Origin: Spirochaetia bacterium
Lineage (GTDB): Bacteria; Spirochaetota; Spirochaetia; SZUA-6; Bin103
NCBI GenBank assembly: GCA_965198005.1
Contig: CBDAOI010000004.1
Location: forward strand, 1,312,001-1,376,000
DNA: 64,000 nt
Direction of reading: 5' to 3'
Both the position numbers and the translations under genes were made by a program. This document shows, piece after piece, positions 28,370-38,584 of the stretch. The notes beneath the pieces are model-generated. The model ran no database searches. It had not been told where the DNA came from and was given only the letters and a program-made list of their open reading frames with translations. Within the stretch, counting starts at the first letter, position 1. Every line of letters begins with the position of its first letter.

Positions 28370-30184
28370 ATGTTTTTCGCAATGTTCAAGAAGTGCCTCG
28401 CGGTACTGATTGGCCTCGCCCTCACCGCAACCGGCCTCTGGGCCGCGGGCGCAGAAGAGGCGCCGGCCGCGGCTACGGAGAAGGAAACGGTGTTCGACCC
28501 CGCCACCGGCAGGACGTGGACCGCGCCGGAGTATGGCGGCACCCTCACGTGGGCCGCCAAGGTCTTTCCTCCGGGTATCGACCCCTGGTTCAATAGTGGC
28601 TGGGCGCAACACCTCATCGGGGGTGTCAATGAGAGGCTCGCCTTCGCCGACTGGGGACTATCCAGGGATATATGGCGCGGTGAATTGTACCAGGTGGTGA
28701 CCCCGGAGATGAGCAGAGGGTCGCTGGCTGAAAGCTGGTCGATGCCCGACGACACGACGTTCATCTTCAACATCCGCCAGGGCGTCAACTGGGACAACAA
28801 GGCGCCGGTGAACGGCCGTGAGTTCGATGCCTCCGACGTCGAATGGAACTATCACCGCTTTTTGGGTCTGGGCGACTTCACCGAAGACGGACCTAGCGCC
28901 GGTGTGGGTGGTATCGCCTGGGGTATGGAGATCGAATCGGTAACGGCTACCGACCAATGGACGATTGAGATCAAGCTGGCGAAGCCTACCCTCGATGTGC
29001 TGGGTAAAATGACCAACAACTACTTTATCGTGTTACCTCGCGAAGTAATCGAGACACACGGCGACGCCAAGGACTGGAAGAACGTGGTCGGCACCGGCCC
29101 CTTGAGAATCACTGATTTCGTGGAGGGCAGCTCGGCAACCTGGGTGAAGAATCCTGACTACTGGGGCGTCGACGAAAAATTCGGCAACCGCCTGCCCTAT
29201 ATTGACGAGTACAGGTCGCTGCTGATGCCAGACAGTTCAACCCGTCTGGCGGCACTGCGCACCGGTAAGCTTGATATGATGAGTAACGTCGGCGACGCCT
29301 ATATAACCTCTGTCGACGATGCAGCGACCCTCCAGCAGACCAATCCTGAAATAGAGTTCTGGCCCATTTTTAGCCGGCCAAGTGGCACGTTCTATTTTAA
29401 CCAGTCTCTGCCGGTCATGCAGGACGTCAATGTGCGCAAGGCACTACAGATGGCAGTGGACCGCGAGACCATCAACGCTACCTACAACAAGGGTCTGGGC
29501 GATCCATCACCCTACGGGTTGGTTGGGCAATTCACGCCAGAGTATAGCTGGCCATATGACGACTGGCCCGACGAGGTCAAACATGAGTATGAGTATCACC
29601 CGGAAGAAGCAGAAGCGTTGCTTGATGCGGCTGGATATCCGCGTGGCGCCGACGGCTATAGATTCACGATCACGCTAGGCCATTTCGATAGGTGGGATGA
29701 GACCTATCCGGAACTGGTCATTGGGTACTTCGACGCTATTGGTGTGAAAGGCGAGCTCGATGTGTTCGGTACAGCTGAAATAGGAGCTGCCTTGAAGGCG
29801 GACACGCTCGAGTACGGGTTGTTGTCTTCTTATTATGGATACTTCGGCGGCCCCGGCTTGATCGGATACACTTTTGGAGCGGTAACCAAACTGCTTGGTG
29901 GCTCCAGCGCCAACAAGATGAATGACCCGCGCATGGACGCCCTGTATCTTGCCGCGATAGAAGCTACCGACATCGAGGAGTTCAAGAGGATTCAGAGACA
30001 GTCCGATGAGCTCTGTGTAAGGGAGCACTGTGGGCTAGTCAAATCCAACATCCCGAATCATTTCGTGAACCAGCCGTGGGTTCAGGGTTATTTCGGTGAA
30101 GCAGGTATGGGATGGGGTGAACGTATGACCCACCTGGCCCGCCTCTGGATTGATAGTGAGCTGAAGGAAGAAATGGGGAATTAG
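28370..30184 (+). CDS. ABC substrate-binding protein, family 5
   Basis: Same motifs; most similar to 7857-9686. Confidence 0.93.
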   Translation: MFFAMFKKCLAVLIGLALTATGLWAAGAEEAPAAATEKETVFDPATGRTWTAPEYGGTLTWAAKVFPPGIDPWFNSGWAQHLIGGVNERLAFADWGLSRDIWRGELYQVVTPEMSRGSLAESWSMPDDTTFIFNIRQGVNWDNKAPVNGREFDASDVEWNYHRFLGLGDFTEDGPSAGVGGIAWGMEIESVTATDQWTIEIKLAKPTLDVLGKMTNNYFIVLPREVIETHGDAKDWKNVVGTGPLRITDFVEGSSATWVKNPDYWGVDEKFGNRLPYIDEYRSLLMPDSSTRLAALRTGKLDMMSNVGDAYITSVDDAATLQQTNPEIEFWPIFSRPSGTFYFNQSLPVMQDVNVRKALQMAVDRETINATYNKGLGDPSPYGLVGQFTPEYSWPYDDWPDEVKHEYEYHPEEAEALLDAAGYPRGADGYRFTITLGHFDRWDETYPELVIGYFDAIGVKGELDVFGTAEIGAALKADTLEYGLLSSYYGYFGGPGLIGYTFGAVTKLLGGSSANKMNDPRMDALYLAAIEATDIEEFKRIQRQSDELCVREHCGLVKSNIPNHFVNQPWVQGYFGEAGMGWGERMTHLARLWIDSELKEEMGN

Positions 30185-30257
30185 TGATGCATAAGGGAGC
30201 CGGGAGGCTGGCGCTTGCGAGCGCGCTTCCCAGCTCCCATACTCGGGGCAACGACCC

Positions 30258-31223
30258 ATGAGAGCCTATCTCATCAGACGGTTGTTGCTGATAATCCCCA
30301 CCTTGTGGATCTTGACCATCATCGTCTTTCTCGCGGTCCGCTTCCTCCCTGGCGACGTAGTAGACGCAATGGTGGCTGAGATGGAATCATGGTCTGCCGC
30401 GGGTGGTGCTATAGACCGTGAAGCTCTTGAACGCATGCTGGGATTGGACGTGCCTGTGCCCGTGCAGTATGGACGCTGGATGGGAGGTATTCTCCTGCGC
30501 GGCACCTTTGGTGAGTCACTGACTGGTCATTGGGCGATAGAGGAGAGGATAATCGGAAGACTGCCAGTAACTCTTGAGCTTGGTTTCCTGGCAATCGCAA
30601 TCGGACTCGTCATCGCTTTGCCCGTCGGCATCTACTCGGCGATCCGCCAGGATACAGCCGCCGACTACGTGGGGCGGACGATTGCCGTCATCGGTATCGC
30701 AACGCCCAACTTCTGGCTGGGAATCATGGTCATGCTCTACCCGGCAATCTGGTGGGGCTGGTCGCCATCGGTGGAGCTGATCACCTTCAAGCAAGACCCG
30801 CTGGGAAATCTCGGGATGTTCCTCATTCCGTCCCTGATCCTGGGGACGGCCATGTCTGCCGCCACCATGCGGCTGACGCGCACCATGATGCTGGAGGTGC
30901 TCAGGCAGGACTATATCAGGACTGCCTGGTCCAAGGGGCTCAAGGAGAGGGTGATCATTATCAGACACGCCATCAAGAACGCGTTCATCCCGATACTTAC
31001 CCTGATCGGCATGCAGCTCCCTCTCCTGGTCGGAGGCTCGGTTATCCTGGAGGAGATATTCGTTCTTCCGGGGATAGGTCGCATGTTCGTGGCTGCGCTC
31101 AATGCAAGAGACTACCCGGTAGTATCCGCAATAAACCTGCTTTTGGCTTGCGTGGTGTTGCTCAGCTCTCTACTTATCGACATGCTCTATCCCTATTTGG
31201 ACCCTCGGATTCGCTATAAGTGA
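30258..31223 (+). CDS. ABC permease (OppB-like)
   Basis: Paralogue motifs. Confidence 0.93.
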   Translation: MRAYLIRRLLLIIPTLWILTIIVFLAVRFLPGDVVDAMVAEMESWSAAGGAIDREALERMLGLDVPVPVQYGRWMGGILLRGTFGESLTGHWAIEERIIGRLPVTLELGFLAIAIGLVIALPVGIYSAIRQDTAADYVGRTIAVIGIATPNFWLGIMVMLYPAIWWGWSPSVELITFKQDPLGNLGMFLIPSLILGTAMSAATMRLTRTMMLEVLRQDYIRTAWSKGLKERVIIIRHAIKNAFIPILTLIGMQLPLLVGGSVILEEIFVLPGIGRMFVAALNARDYPVVSAINLLLACVVLLSSLLIDMLYPYLDPRIRYK

Positions 31224-32125
31224 TGCCACGCGTACACGCCGCTACAGTGAGTGAGCCAAGAAGACGTAGCGCGGTGGCCAGTTTCCTTATCAGGCTGGTC
31301 AAGGAGAAGCCATTCGGTTTTGCCAGCGGAATGGTCATATTGCTATTGATCCTGGTGGCTATCTTTGGCGGTGAATTATCCCCATATCCATATACCGAAC
31401 TACACCTGATAGACAGGCTGCAGGGCCCATCAGTCCGGTATCTGCTTGGTACCGACCAGGCGGGACGAGACCTGCTCAGCCGCCTTATCTTCGGGGCTCG
31501 TGTCTCCGTACTGGTCGGTCTGACAGTGACCACAATCAGCATATTCATCAGTACCGTCATCGGCGGCGTTTCAGGATTCGTTGGTGGTAAATTGGACCTG
31601 ATTGTACAGAGATTTGTCGATGCCTGGATGGCTTTCCCAGGATTGCTGCTATTGTTGACCCTAATGGCCATAGTGGGGAAGGGTCTATTGCAGATAATAC
31701 TGGTCATGGGGATATCAGGAGGCATAGGCGGCGCGAGAGTAATCAGAGCCGCTGTTATCGGTATCAAGGAGAATATCTATTTCGACGTGGCGGAGGCGGT
31801 TGGCTCGCCGAGATGGAGATCACTCATACGACATGTCGTGCCCAATATCACGCCGGTCATAATCATTTCATTCAGCACCAGTATCGGCGGCGTGATCATG
31901 GCTCTGGCTTCTCTGGGCTTCCTGGGATTCGGTCTGCCAGCCACCACTCCTGACTGGGGAGGTATGCTCAGCCGGGAAGGGCGCAAGTACATGGAGCAGG
32001 CGCCGTGGCTGGCTATCTGGCCCGGTCTTTGCCTGACGATTACCGTCTACAGTCTGAACATGTTCGGCGACGCCGTGCGGGACCTGCTGGATCCAAGGCT
32101 CAGGGGCGGCGCGCCATTGATCTGA
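31220..32125 (+). CDS. ABC permease (OppC-like)
   Basis: Paralogue motifs. Confidence 0.93.
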   Translation: MMPRVHAATVSEPRRRSAVASFLIRLVKEKPFGFASGMVILLLILVAIFGGELSPYPYTELHLIDRLQGPSVRYLLGTDQAGRDLLSRLIFGARVSVLVGLTVTTISIFISTVIGGVSGFVGGKLDLIVQRFVDAWMAFPGLLLLLTLMAIVGKGLLQIILVMGISGGIGGARVIRAAVIGIKENIYFDVAEAVGSPRWRSLIRHVVPNITPVIIISFSTSIGGVIMALASLGFLGFGLPATTPDWGGMLSREGRKYMEQAPWLAIWPGLCLTITVYSLNMFGDAVRDLLDPRLRGGAPLI

Positions 32126-32282
32126 CGAAGGCGGGATGCCCGGTCGGCGACCCGGGGGCGGCGCGCACTCAATTGAGCATCGCTCGTTGGCCTTGATCCG
32201 GTGCTTGGCGCGACGGGGACCACCACGCAGCCCGCGCTGCCTTGGAGAACCTGAAACACACCGGGCGCTGGCTGGACCTGCG

Positions 32283-33944
32283 TCAGAAGCCGACCGCGTA
32301 ACCGTCTCTGCGCGGATCCGAGCCGCCCAGCAGGGCGCCGGTGGCGGGATCGAGGCGGATGAACTGGGCGTTCCCGAGCGTATCCCAGGGGCCGACGGTC
32401 CGGATGCGGTGCCCCTTGCGCTGCAGGGCGGCGCGCACCGCCGGCGGGAAGCGCGTCTCCAGTTCCAGCCGGTCCTCGCAGGTGTGGGGGACGGTGGACT
32501 CCATCGGATTCTGCCAACTGCGCCAGCGCGGCGCCTCGACCGCCTCCTGCGGGGTCATCCCGAAGTGGATGGCGCTGGTGAGGAGTTGGAGGTTGGTCTG
32601 GACCTGCGTGTCCGCCCCCGGCGTGCCGCAGACGATGACCGGGCGGCCGGCGCGCGTGACGATGACCGGGTTCATCGTGTGGCGGACCCGCTTGCCGGGC
32701 GCCAGCGCGTTGGGGTGGCCGGGCTCGAGATGCCAGAAGGTCATGCGGTTGTTGAGCAGAATGCCGGTGTTGCGGGGGATCAGGCAGGAGCCGAACGCGG
32801 TCTGGATGCTCTGCAGCAGGCACACGGCGTTGCCCGCGCCGTCGGCGGTGCACAGGCAGGTGGTGTCGCCCGGCTGGTCGGCGCGGAGCGGGGCGCCGGG
32901 ACCGACGCCGGGGGTGGTGCGCGCCAGGTCGATCGCGGCCGCCCGCTGGCGGGCGTAGGCCTTGGACAGCAGGCGGTCGAGCGGCACGTCGACCCAGTCG
33001 GGATCCGCCACGTACCGTTCGCGGTCGGCGAAGGCGAGCCGAATCGCCTCGACCATGAGGTGGATGCTGTCGGCCGACAGGCAGCCCATGCCGGCGAGGT
33101 CGAACCGTTCGACCAGGTTGAGCGCCTGCAGCAGGACGTGGCCGCTCGAATTGGGCGGCATCTCGTACACCCGATGGCCGTGGTAGTCCACCTGGATCGG
33201 CTCGTCCCAGCGGGCGTGGTAGGCGGCGAGGTCGTCCTCGTCCAGCACGCCGCCGTGCGCGCGGCTGGCCTCCCCGATCCGACGCGCGATGGCGCCTTCG
33301 TAGAACCCCGCGCGCCCCTGCTCGGCGATCCGGCGCAGCGTCGTGCCCAGGTCGCGCTGCACCAGCAGTTCACCCGCGCGCAGCGGGCGCCCGCGCGGCG
33401 CGAACACCGCCCGGGCCGCGGCATCCGTCGCCAGCGACTCGTGCCCGGTCTCCAGAGCCGTGGCCAGCGTGTGAGTCACCGGGAAGCCGCGCTCGCACAG
33501 GTCGACCGCGGGGGCGAGCACCTGGGCAAGGTCCAGCGTGCCGAACCGGCGCTGCGCCAGCAGCCAGCCGTCGACCAGGCCCGGCACCGAGACGCTCAGC
33601 ATGCCGCGCATCGGAATGCCGCCGCGCGCCAGGTAGCGCTCGCGGGTCGCGCGTGCCGGCGCCGGCCCGGTGGCGTTGACGCCGTACGGCCGCCGGGTGG
33701 CGGCGTCGAAGATCAGGATGAAGCCGTCGCCGCCGACGCCCGACATCGCCGGCTCGACCACGCCCACCGCCGCCGCCGCGGCAATCGCCGCGTCGATCGC
33801 GTTGCCGCCCGCCTGCATGATGCGCACGCCGGCCTGGGAAGCGAGCGGATGAGCGGACGCCACCATGCCGTTGAGGCCGGCTACCGACGGCCGGTAGGCC
33901 GGATAGTTGATGCCGTGCGGGCCGCGCGGGGTCGGGAAACTCAC
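32283..33944 (-). CDS. ggt: Gamma-glutamyltransferase family protein
   Basis: MVASAHPLAS, GGNAIDAA, SGVGGDGF, PPNSSG, DTT nucleophile, GTPGAD, DPRR; GTG start with GAAGGAG. Confidence 0.9.
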   Translation of the reverse strand: MSFPTPRGPHGINYPAYRPSVAGLNGMVASAHPLASQAGVRIMQAGGNAIDAAIAAAAAVGVVEPAMSGVGGDGFILIFDAATRRPYGVNATGPAPARATRERYLARGGIPMRGMLSVSVPGLVDGWLLAQRRFGTLDLAQVLAPAVDLCERGFPVTHTLATALETGHESLATDAAARAVFAPRGRPLRAGELLVQRDLGTTLRRIAEQGRAGFYEGAIARRIGEASRAHGGVLDEDDLAAYHARWDEPIQVDYHGHRVYEMPPNSSGHVLLQALNLVERFDLAGMGCLSADSIHLMVEAIRLAFADRERYVADPDWVDVPLDRLLSKAYARQRAAAIDLARTTPGVGPGAPLRADQPGDTTCLCTADGAGNAVCLLQSIQTAFGSCLIPRNTGILLNNRMTFWHLEPGHPNALAPGKRVRHTMNPVIVTRAGRPVIVCGTPGADTQVQTNLQLLTSAIHFGMTPQEAVEAPRWRSWQNPMESTVPHTCEDRLELETRFPPAVRAALQRKGHRIRTVGPWDTLGNAQFIRLDPATGALLGGSDPRRDGYAVGF

Positions 33945-34302
33945 GCCGGGCCGGTCGCTCCTTCGATCAACCACAGCCCGTCGGCGGCTGCCTGCAGCCC
34001 GTTGGGTTGCGGCCCCGGCGCCCTGAATCTCTGGTCCACGGTCGCCGTAAACAGCAACCCATTGGCAGTGCTCATGGAACGCTGTGTCCTCCTTGGCGCG
34101 GACTATACGGGCTGCGCCATCGGCGGTCAATCGGTTGGGCTTCAGTCGGCGGCCTCAAACAGCCGCCCGAATGCCTCCGGATCAGGCACCTGGATCGCCG
34201 CACGATGCAACTGCCTGAGGCGCCTTCGCGTCGCCGTGACGCCGTGGTGTTTGTGGGTAGACGAATACATGGTACTCGTGTATCGTGTAACCGGTCAGGC
34301 AA

Positions 34303-34593
34303 ATGATACAGTCCTTTGCCGATGAGACGACCGCGGATCTGTTTCGTGAGCGCAACATGCGTCAATCGAGACGGATTCCACGAGATGTCTGGCGCGCCGC
34401 GCAACGGAAGCTGAAGGCCTTGGACGTGGCGGCCGGGCTCGACGACCTGCGGATTCCCGCAGGCAATCGACTGGAACGGTTGCGCGGTGCGCAGTCCGAA
34501 CTGCACAGCATGAGAGTGAACGATCAGTACCGCCTGACGTTTCGATGGGAGGATGGCCATGCCTACGAGGTCTGCGTCGAAGACTATCACTAG
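34303..34593 (+). CDS. higB: HigB (RelE-family) toxin
   Basis: MIQSFAD...PAGNRLERL...SMRVNDQYRLTFRW...EDYH. Confidence 0.9.
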   Translation: MIQSFADETTADLFRERNMRQSRRIPRDVWRAAQRKLKALDVAAGLDDLRIPAGNRLERLRGAQSELHSMRVNDQYRLTFRWEDGHAYEVCVEDYH

Positions 34594-34915
34594 AGACCCG
34601 AGTTGGCTCGGGCCGGCGGTTTCTCCGGGCGAGATGTTGCTCGAGGAGTTCATCAAGCCACTCGGTCTGCGTCAGAAGGATGCGGCGCGGCAGCTTGGGA
34701 TTTCGTTGAATCGGCTGAACGAAGTGGTGCGCGGCCGGCGGCGCATCACCGCGGACACGGCGATAAGATTGTCGAGCCTGTTGCAAACCTCTCCGCAGTT
34801 CTGGATGCGGCTGCAGGCGGACTGGGACCTGCACGAAGCCCTGGAGCGCCGTCCACGGGGGGCCGCACAGGGCGATCTTACCCACCGCACGCGTGCCCGG
34901 CAGCCACGATGTTAA
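34553..34915 (+). CDS. higA: HigA (Xre) antitoxin
   Basis: PGEMLLEEFIKP...RRITADTAIRL...FWMRLQ; start codon uncertain. Confidence 0.88.
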   Translation: MAMPTRSASKTITRDPSWLGPAVSPGEMLLEEFIKPLGLRQKDAARQLGISLNRLNEVVRGRRRITADTAIRLSSLLQTSPQFWMRLQADWDLHEALERRPRGAAQGDLTHRTRARQPRC

Positions 34916-35036
34916 CGGATATTCACCGGGTCTTTACCGGGACTATCCGGGAGTCTCGGTATTTTCGTCGCATTACGAGTCACGACGTTGAAGCAGCAGC
35001 GAACGCGTGGCCGTCGTAGAGGACGAGGTTGCACCA

Positions 35037-35372
35037 ATGACAATGACCAACACGCTACCACACACCGAAGACTCGACCCGGCATCTGGCGCTCCAGTACC
35101 TGGTGCTGGCGTTCTCGCAGTTACGGATACGGGATGAGGCGCTGCGCTACCTGGAGGACCTGCTGACCTACCTGGTCGCCGATCCGGCGGCCCTCCTGCC
35201 GGAAGGCTGGACCCGCGGCGAGCTGGGGGCCGCGTACATCGACAACCTGAGCCGCTACGGGCAGTGCCGGGAGTTCGATTTCCAGTGGCTGCGGGACGAT
35301 CCGGAGTTCCACGGCACCCTGGAGCGCTACCGAGCCAGGTTGCAGGCAGCCACCCCCGCGCCGTCGGCCTGA
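35037..35372 (+). CDS. Hypothetical protein
   Basis: Coding-like codon usage; no motif recognised. Confidence 0.5.
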   Translation: MTMTNTLPHTEDSTRHLALQYLVLAFSQLRIRDEALRYLEDLLTYLVADPAALLPEGWTRGELGAAYIDNLSRYGQCREFDFQWLRDDPEFHGTLERYRARLQAATPAPSA

Positions 35373-35472
35373 GACCGGTCCGGCCGGGCAGTTGTGTTCG
35401 CGTATACCGGAAGAAGGCAGCCATTTGTGGTATGATTTCGTGCGCGGTTGTTGCGGTGGTGGCGTCAGGTGG

Positions 35473-36159
35473 CTACAAGCCGAGCAGGCGCTGCGGCACC
35501 TGGAACACCGCGATCAGGTAGTAGCCGGCGATCGCGACCATCGCCGCGCCCGCGATGCGGTTGATCGGCGACTTGTACCGGGTCAGGAAGCCGATGATTC
35601 TCCTGCCGAAGGCGGCGCCCGCCACCGCCAGCACCAGCAGCGGCGTGCCGATGCCGAGCGCGAAGATCACCGAGTTGAGCGCGTTGAGGCCGAAGTCGCC
35701 GACCGAGAGCGCCAGTTGCTTGGAGAAGAAGGCGCCGATGAAGCCGGGGTTGCAGGGCAGGATGATGAAGGCGAAGAAGGCGCCGTAGCCGAACGCGGCC
35801 GCCACCGGACGGCTCGTGCTCGGCGCCCGCACCACCGGAAACAGGCGGCTGAAGTCGGCGTCGGCCAGCAGCAGCACGCCGATCACGGCCAGCAGCGCAA
35901 AGGCGATCGGCGAGGCGACGCCGGCCACGCCGGTGAGCGACAGCTCCAGCAGGGTCGAGAACACCAGCCCGATCGCCACCATGCAGGCGACCACGCCGGC
36001 CACCACCGCCAAGCCGAGCAGCAGCGGCGGCCGGCGGTCGCCCTCCTGCCGGCGATTGGACAGGAAGGCGATGAAGCCGGGGTACAGCGGCAGCACGCAC
36101 ACCGCGGTCAGCGGCGTGGCGAGTCCGAGCAGATAGCTGGCGGCGAGGTTGGCGAGCAC
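35473..36159 (-). CDS. CcdA/DsbD-like membrane protein
   Basis: CVLPLYP and ILPCNP cysteine motifs; multiple TM segments. Confidence 0.8.
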   Translation of the reverse strand: MLANLAASYLLGLATPLTAVCVLPLYPGFIAFLSNRRQEGDRRPPLLLGLAVVAGVVACMVAIGLVFSTLLELSLTGVAGVASPIAFALLAVIGVLLLADADFSRLFPVVRAPSTSRPVAAAFGYGAFFAFIILPCNPGFIGAFFSKQLALSVGDFGLNALNSVIFALGIGTPLLVLAVAGAAFGRRIIGFLTRYKSPINRIAGAAMVAIAGYYLIAVFQVPQRLLGL

Positions 36160-36684
36160 CTACGCTGCCGGCGCCGCGCAGGCGGCGGCCTGCTCCTGCA
36201 GGAAGTCCGCGCGCTTCACGCCGCGCCGCAACATCTCCCGGACGCTCTGGTCGGGGCAGATCAGCACTATCGGGGCCGACGGCGCGTTCAGAATGCCGAC
36301 GCCGAACTCCCCTTTCAGGGCGCGGATCAGCTCCACCGGAGCCACCGCGTAGCGCCAGTCGAACCCGTGGCGCTCGAGGTGGGCGGCGACCTTGGCGTGG
36401 TCTTCGTTGGGGTCGGTGTTGAGCGCGATCGACACCACCTCGTCGCCGACCTGCTCGTGCAGGGCGCGCACCTGCTTCTGTTGGCTGGTACAGATCGGGC
36501 ACCAGACCGCAAAGCTCTCCAGCAGCACCGGCGTGCCCGCGAACTCGGCGATCGTAAACGACTCACCGGTGCGCACGTCGGTGAGCTCGGTGGCCAGCCA
36601 CTCGGCGGCCGGCTCCTCGTCGGTGGCCCCGGCGGTCGCGGCCAGGGCCAGCATCAGGCAGATCAGGAGGAATGTGGATCGCAT
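36160..36684 (-). CDS. Secreted thioredoxin-like (TlpA-family) protein
   Basis: Signal peptide; FAVWCPIC. Confidence 0.8.
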   Translation of the reverse strand: MRSTFLLICLMLALAATAGATDEEPAAEWLATELTDVRTGESFTIAEFAGTPVLLESFAVWCPICTSQQKQVRALHEQVGDEVVSIALNTDPNEDHAKVAAHLERHGFDWRYAVAPVELIRALKGEFGVGILNAPSAPIVLICPDQSVREMLRRGVKRADFLQEQAAACAAPAA

Positions 36685-36917
36685 GTCGTCGTACCTCGTA
36701 TCGGTTTGACCACTCCGCGCGGCGAAGTCTTACGTACCGGGCTGGCGGTAACGGACTCGGATCCGGCCGGCGCTCCGGCGCCGCCCCCGGCGCCCGGGGC
36801 TTGACGCTGCCGGGCTGTTTGGTGATGCTCTGCTCACGTGGCCCGCTACGGCGGGTCCCTCCGGAATCAATCAATCACTTGCGATGCGATCCCGTTGACG
36901 GCATGGAGAACTATGAC

Positions 36918-37646
36918 ATGAGTATGCGCGCGCACTACCTGCAACACGTTCCGTTCGAGGGTCTGGGAAGTATCGAGTCCTGGCTGCAACGCGCCGGCTA
37001 CGACGTGACCGGGACCATGTTCCACGTCTCGGACGCGCTGCCGGCGCCGGCCGAGGTGGACCTGCTGGTGGCGATGGGCGGTCCGATGAGCGTCAACGAC
37101 GAGCAGCAGTATCCCTGGCTGGCGGCGGAGAAGCAGTTCATCCGCGCGGTGATCGAGCTGGAGCGACCGGTGCTCGGGGTGTGCCTCGGCGCACAACTGA
37201 TTGCGAGCGCGTGCGGGGCGGCGGTGTACCCCAACCCGGTCAAGGAGATCGGCTGGTTACCGATCCAGGGCGTGGTCCCCGAGGCCGGTGACGATGAAGG
37301 CGAGGAGCAGCCCGCTACGTTCCGGTTTCCGCCGTTTCTGGAGGTGTTCCACTGGCACGGGGAGACCTTCGAGCTGCCGGACGGAGCGGTCCGCCTGGCG
37401 CGCAGCAACGGCGCGCTGAACCAGGCGTTCCAGCTCGGCCGGTCGGTGATCGGCCTGCAGTTTCACCTTGACACCACCGCCGACAGCGCCCGCAAGCTGG
37501 TCGAGAACTGCCGCGCGGAGCTGGTGCCGTCGATGTACGTGCAGTCCGAGAAGGGCATTCTCGCCGCCGCCCCGGCAAAGTACCGGGCGCTCAACGGCTG
37601 GATGGACCAAGTGCTGGCGTTCATCACCGGCGTCGAGCCCCGGTAG
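36918..37646 (+). CDS. Type 1 glutamine amidotransferase-like protein
   Basis: LQHVPFEG, MGGPMS, GVCLGAQ, HWHGE, LQFH. Confidence 0.88.
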   Translation: MSMRAHYLQHVPFEGLGSIESWLQRAGYDVTGTMFHVSDALPAPAEVDLLVAMGGPMSVNDEQQYPWLAAEKQFIRAVIELERPVLGVCLGAQLIASACGAAVYPNPVKEIGWLPIQGVVPEAGDDEGEEQPATFRFPPFLEVFHWHGETFELPDGAVRLARSNGALNQAFQLGRSVIGLQFHLDTTADSARKLVENCRAELVPSMYVQSEKGILAAAPAKYRALNGWMDQVLAFITGVEPR

Positions 37647-37678
37647 CCGGTCGCCCTCAAGCGCCGGTCAGACGCCGT

Positions 37679-38581
37679 TCAGGCGCCGCCGGCCGGCGGT
37701 GCGTCCTCCTCCAGCCGGCGGGCCAGGGTGAGCGTGCGTTGCGCCCGCCGCACCACCGGCAGGTCGATCATGTGTCCGTCCCGCGCCACGGCGCCGCGTC
37801 CCGCGGCCTGCGCCGCGTCGTAGGCGTCCACCACGGCGCGCGCTTCCGCCACCGCGGCCGGCGCCGGCGTGAACACCTCGTTGCACGGGGCGACCTGGAG
37901 CGGATGCACGCACAGCTTGCCCTGAAACCCGAGCCGGCGCGCCGCCAGCGCCTCCGCGCGCACGCGGTCCGGCGCGCGCAGGTGGGTGCTGGGCGAGTCG
38001 AGCGGCGGCTCCAGGCCGGCGGCGGCCGCGGCCACCGTCAACCGCACGCGCGGGTACAGCAGCTCCGGCTCGACGCCGGTGGCCTCGGTTCCCACTTCCA
38101 CGCCGTAGTCCAGCGCCCCGAACGCCGCCACGCAGTCGCGCCCGAGGCCGGCGGCCGCCTCCAGCAGCGCGTCCGCGTCGCGCACGCCGCGGGCGGTCTC
38201 GAGCAGCACCACCAGATAGGTGGAGCCCGCGGCCAGGTGCGCCGCCGCTTCCCGCCGCTCCAGCTCGCCGGCCAGATTCCGCAGCTCGGCCACGCGCTCC
38301 AGCTTCGGCACCATGAGACCGCCCACCGCGGCCAGCGGCACGGCCGCGAGGTCGGCGGCATGGTCGGGATCGCCGATCGGGTTGACCCGCACCAGCAGCC
38401 GGGCGCGCGGGACCTCCGGGAGGGCCGGCGCGATCATCTGGCGCGCCGCGGCGCGCTGGTCCGCCGGCACCGAGTCCTCCAGGTCGATGATCACCTTGTC
38501 CGCCCCGGCGGCCGCCGCCTTGGCGTACCGATCGGGCCGGTTGGCGGGCACGAACAGCAGCGACCGTGCCGGCAGCACCAT
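37679..38581 (-). CDS. CitE-like CoA-ester lyase
   Basis: RSLLFVP, IDLEDSV, VRVN, MVPK, LLETARG, GKLCVHP. Confidence 0.9.
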   Translation of the reverse strand: MVLPARSLLFVPANRPDRYAKAAAAGADKVIIDLEDSVPADQRAAARQMIAPALPEVPRARLLVRVNPIGDPDHAADLAAVPLAAVGGLMVPKLERVAELRNLAGELERREAAAHLAAGSTYLVVLLETARGVRDADALLEAAAGLGRDCVAAFGALDYGVEVGTEATGVEPELLYPRVRLTVAAAAAGLEPPLDSPSTHLRAPDRVRAEALAARRLGFQGKLCVHPLQVAPCNEVFTPAPAAVAEARAVVDAYDAAQAAGRGAVARDGHMIDLPVVRRAQRTLTLARRLEEDAPPAGGA

Positions 38582-38584
38582 CGG

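Noticed and set aside
32136-34325. Long antisense or alternate-frame ORFs (e.g. 32136-34325, 24528-26360, 37739-39979, 20769-22250)
   Set aside because: They are shadow ORFs of high-GC genes, Arg/Ala/Gly-rich with no motifs, and overlap well-supported CDSs.
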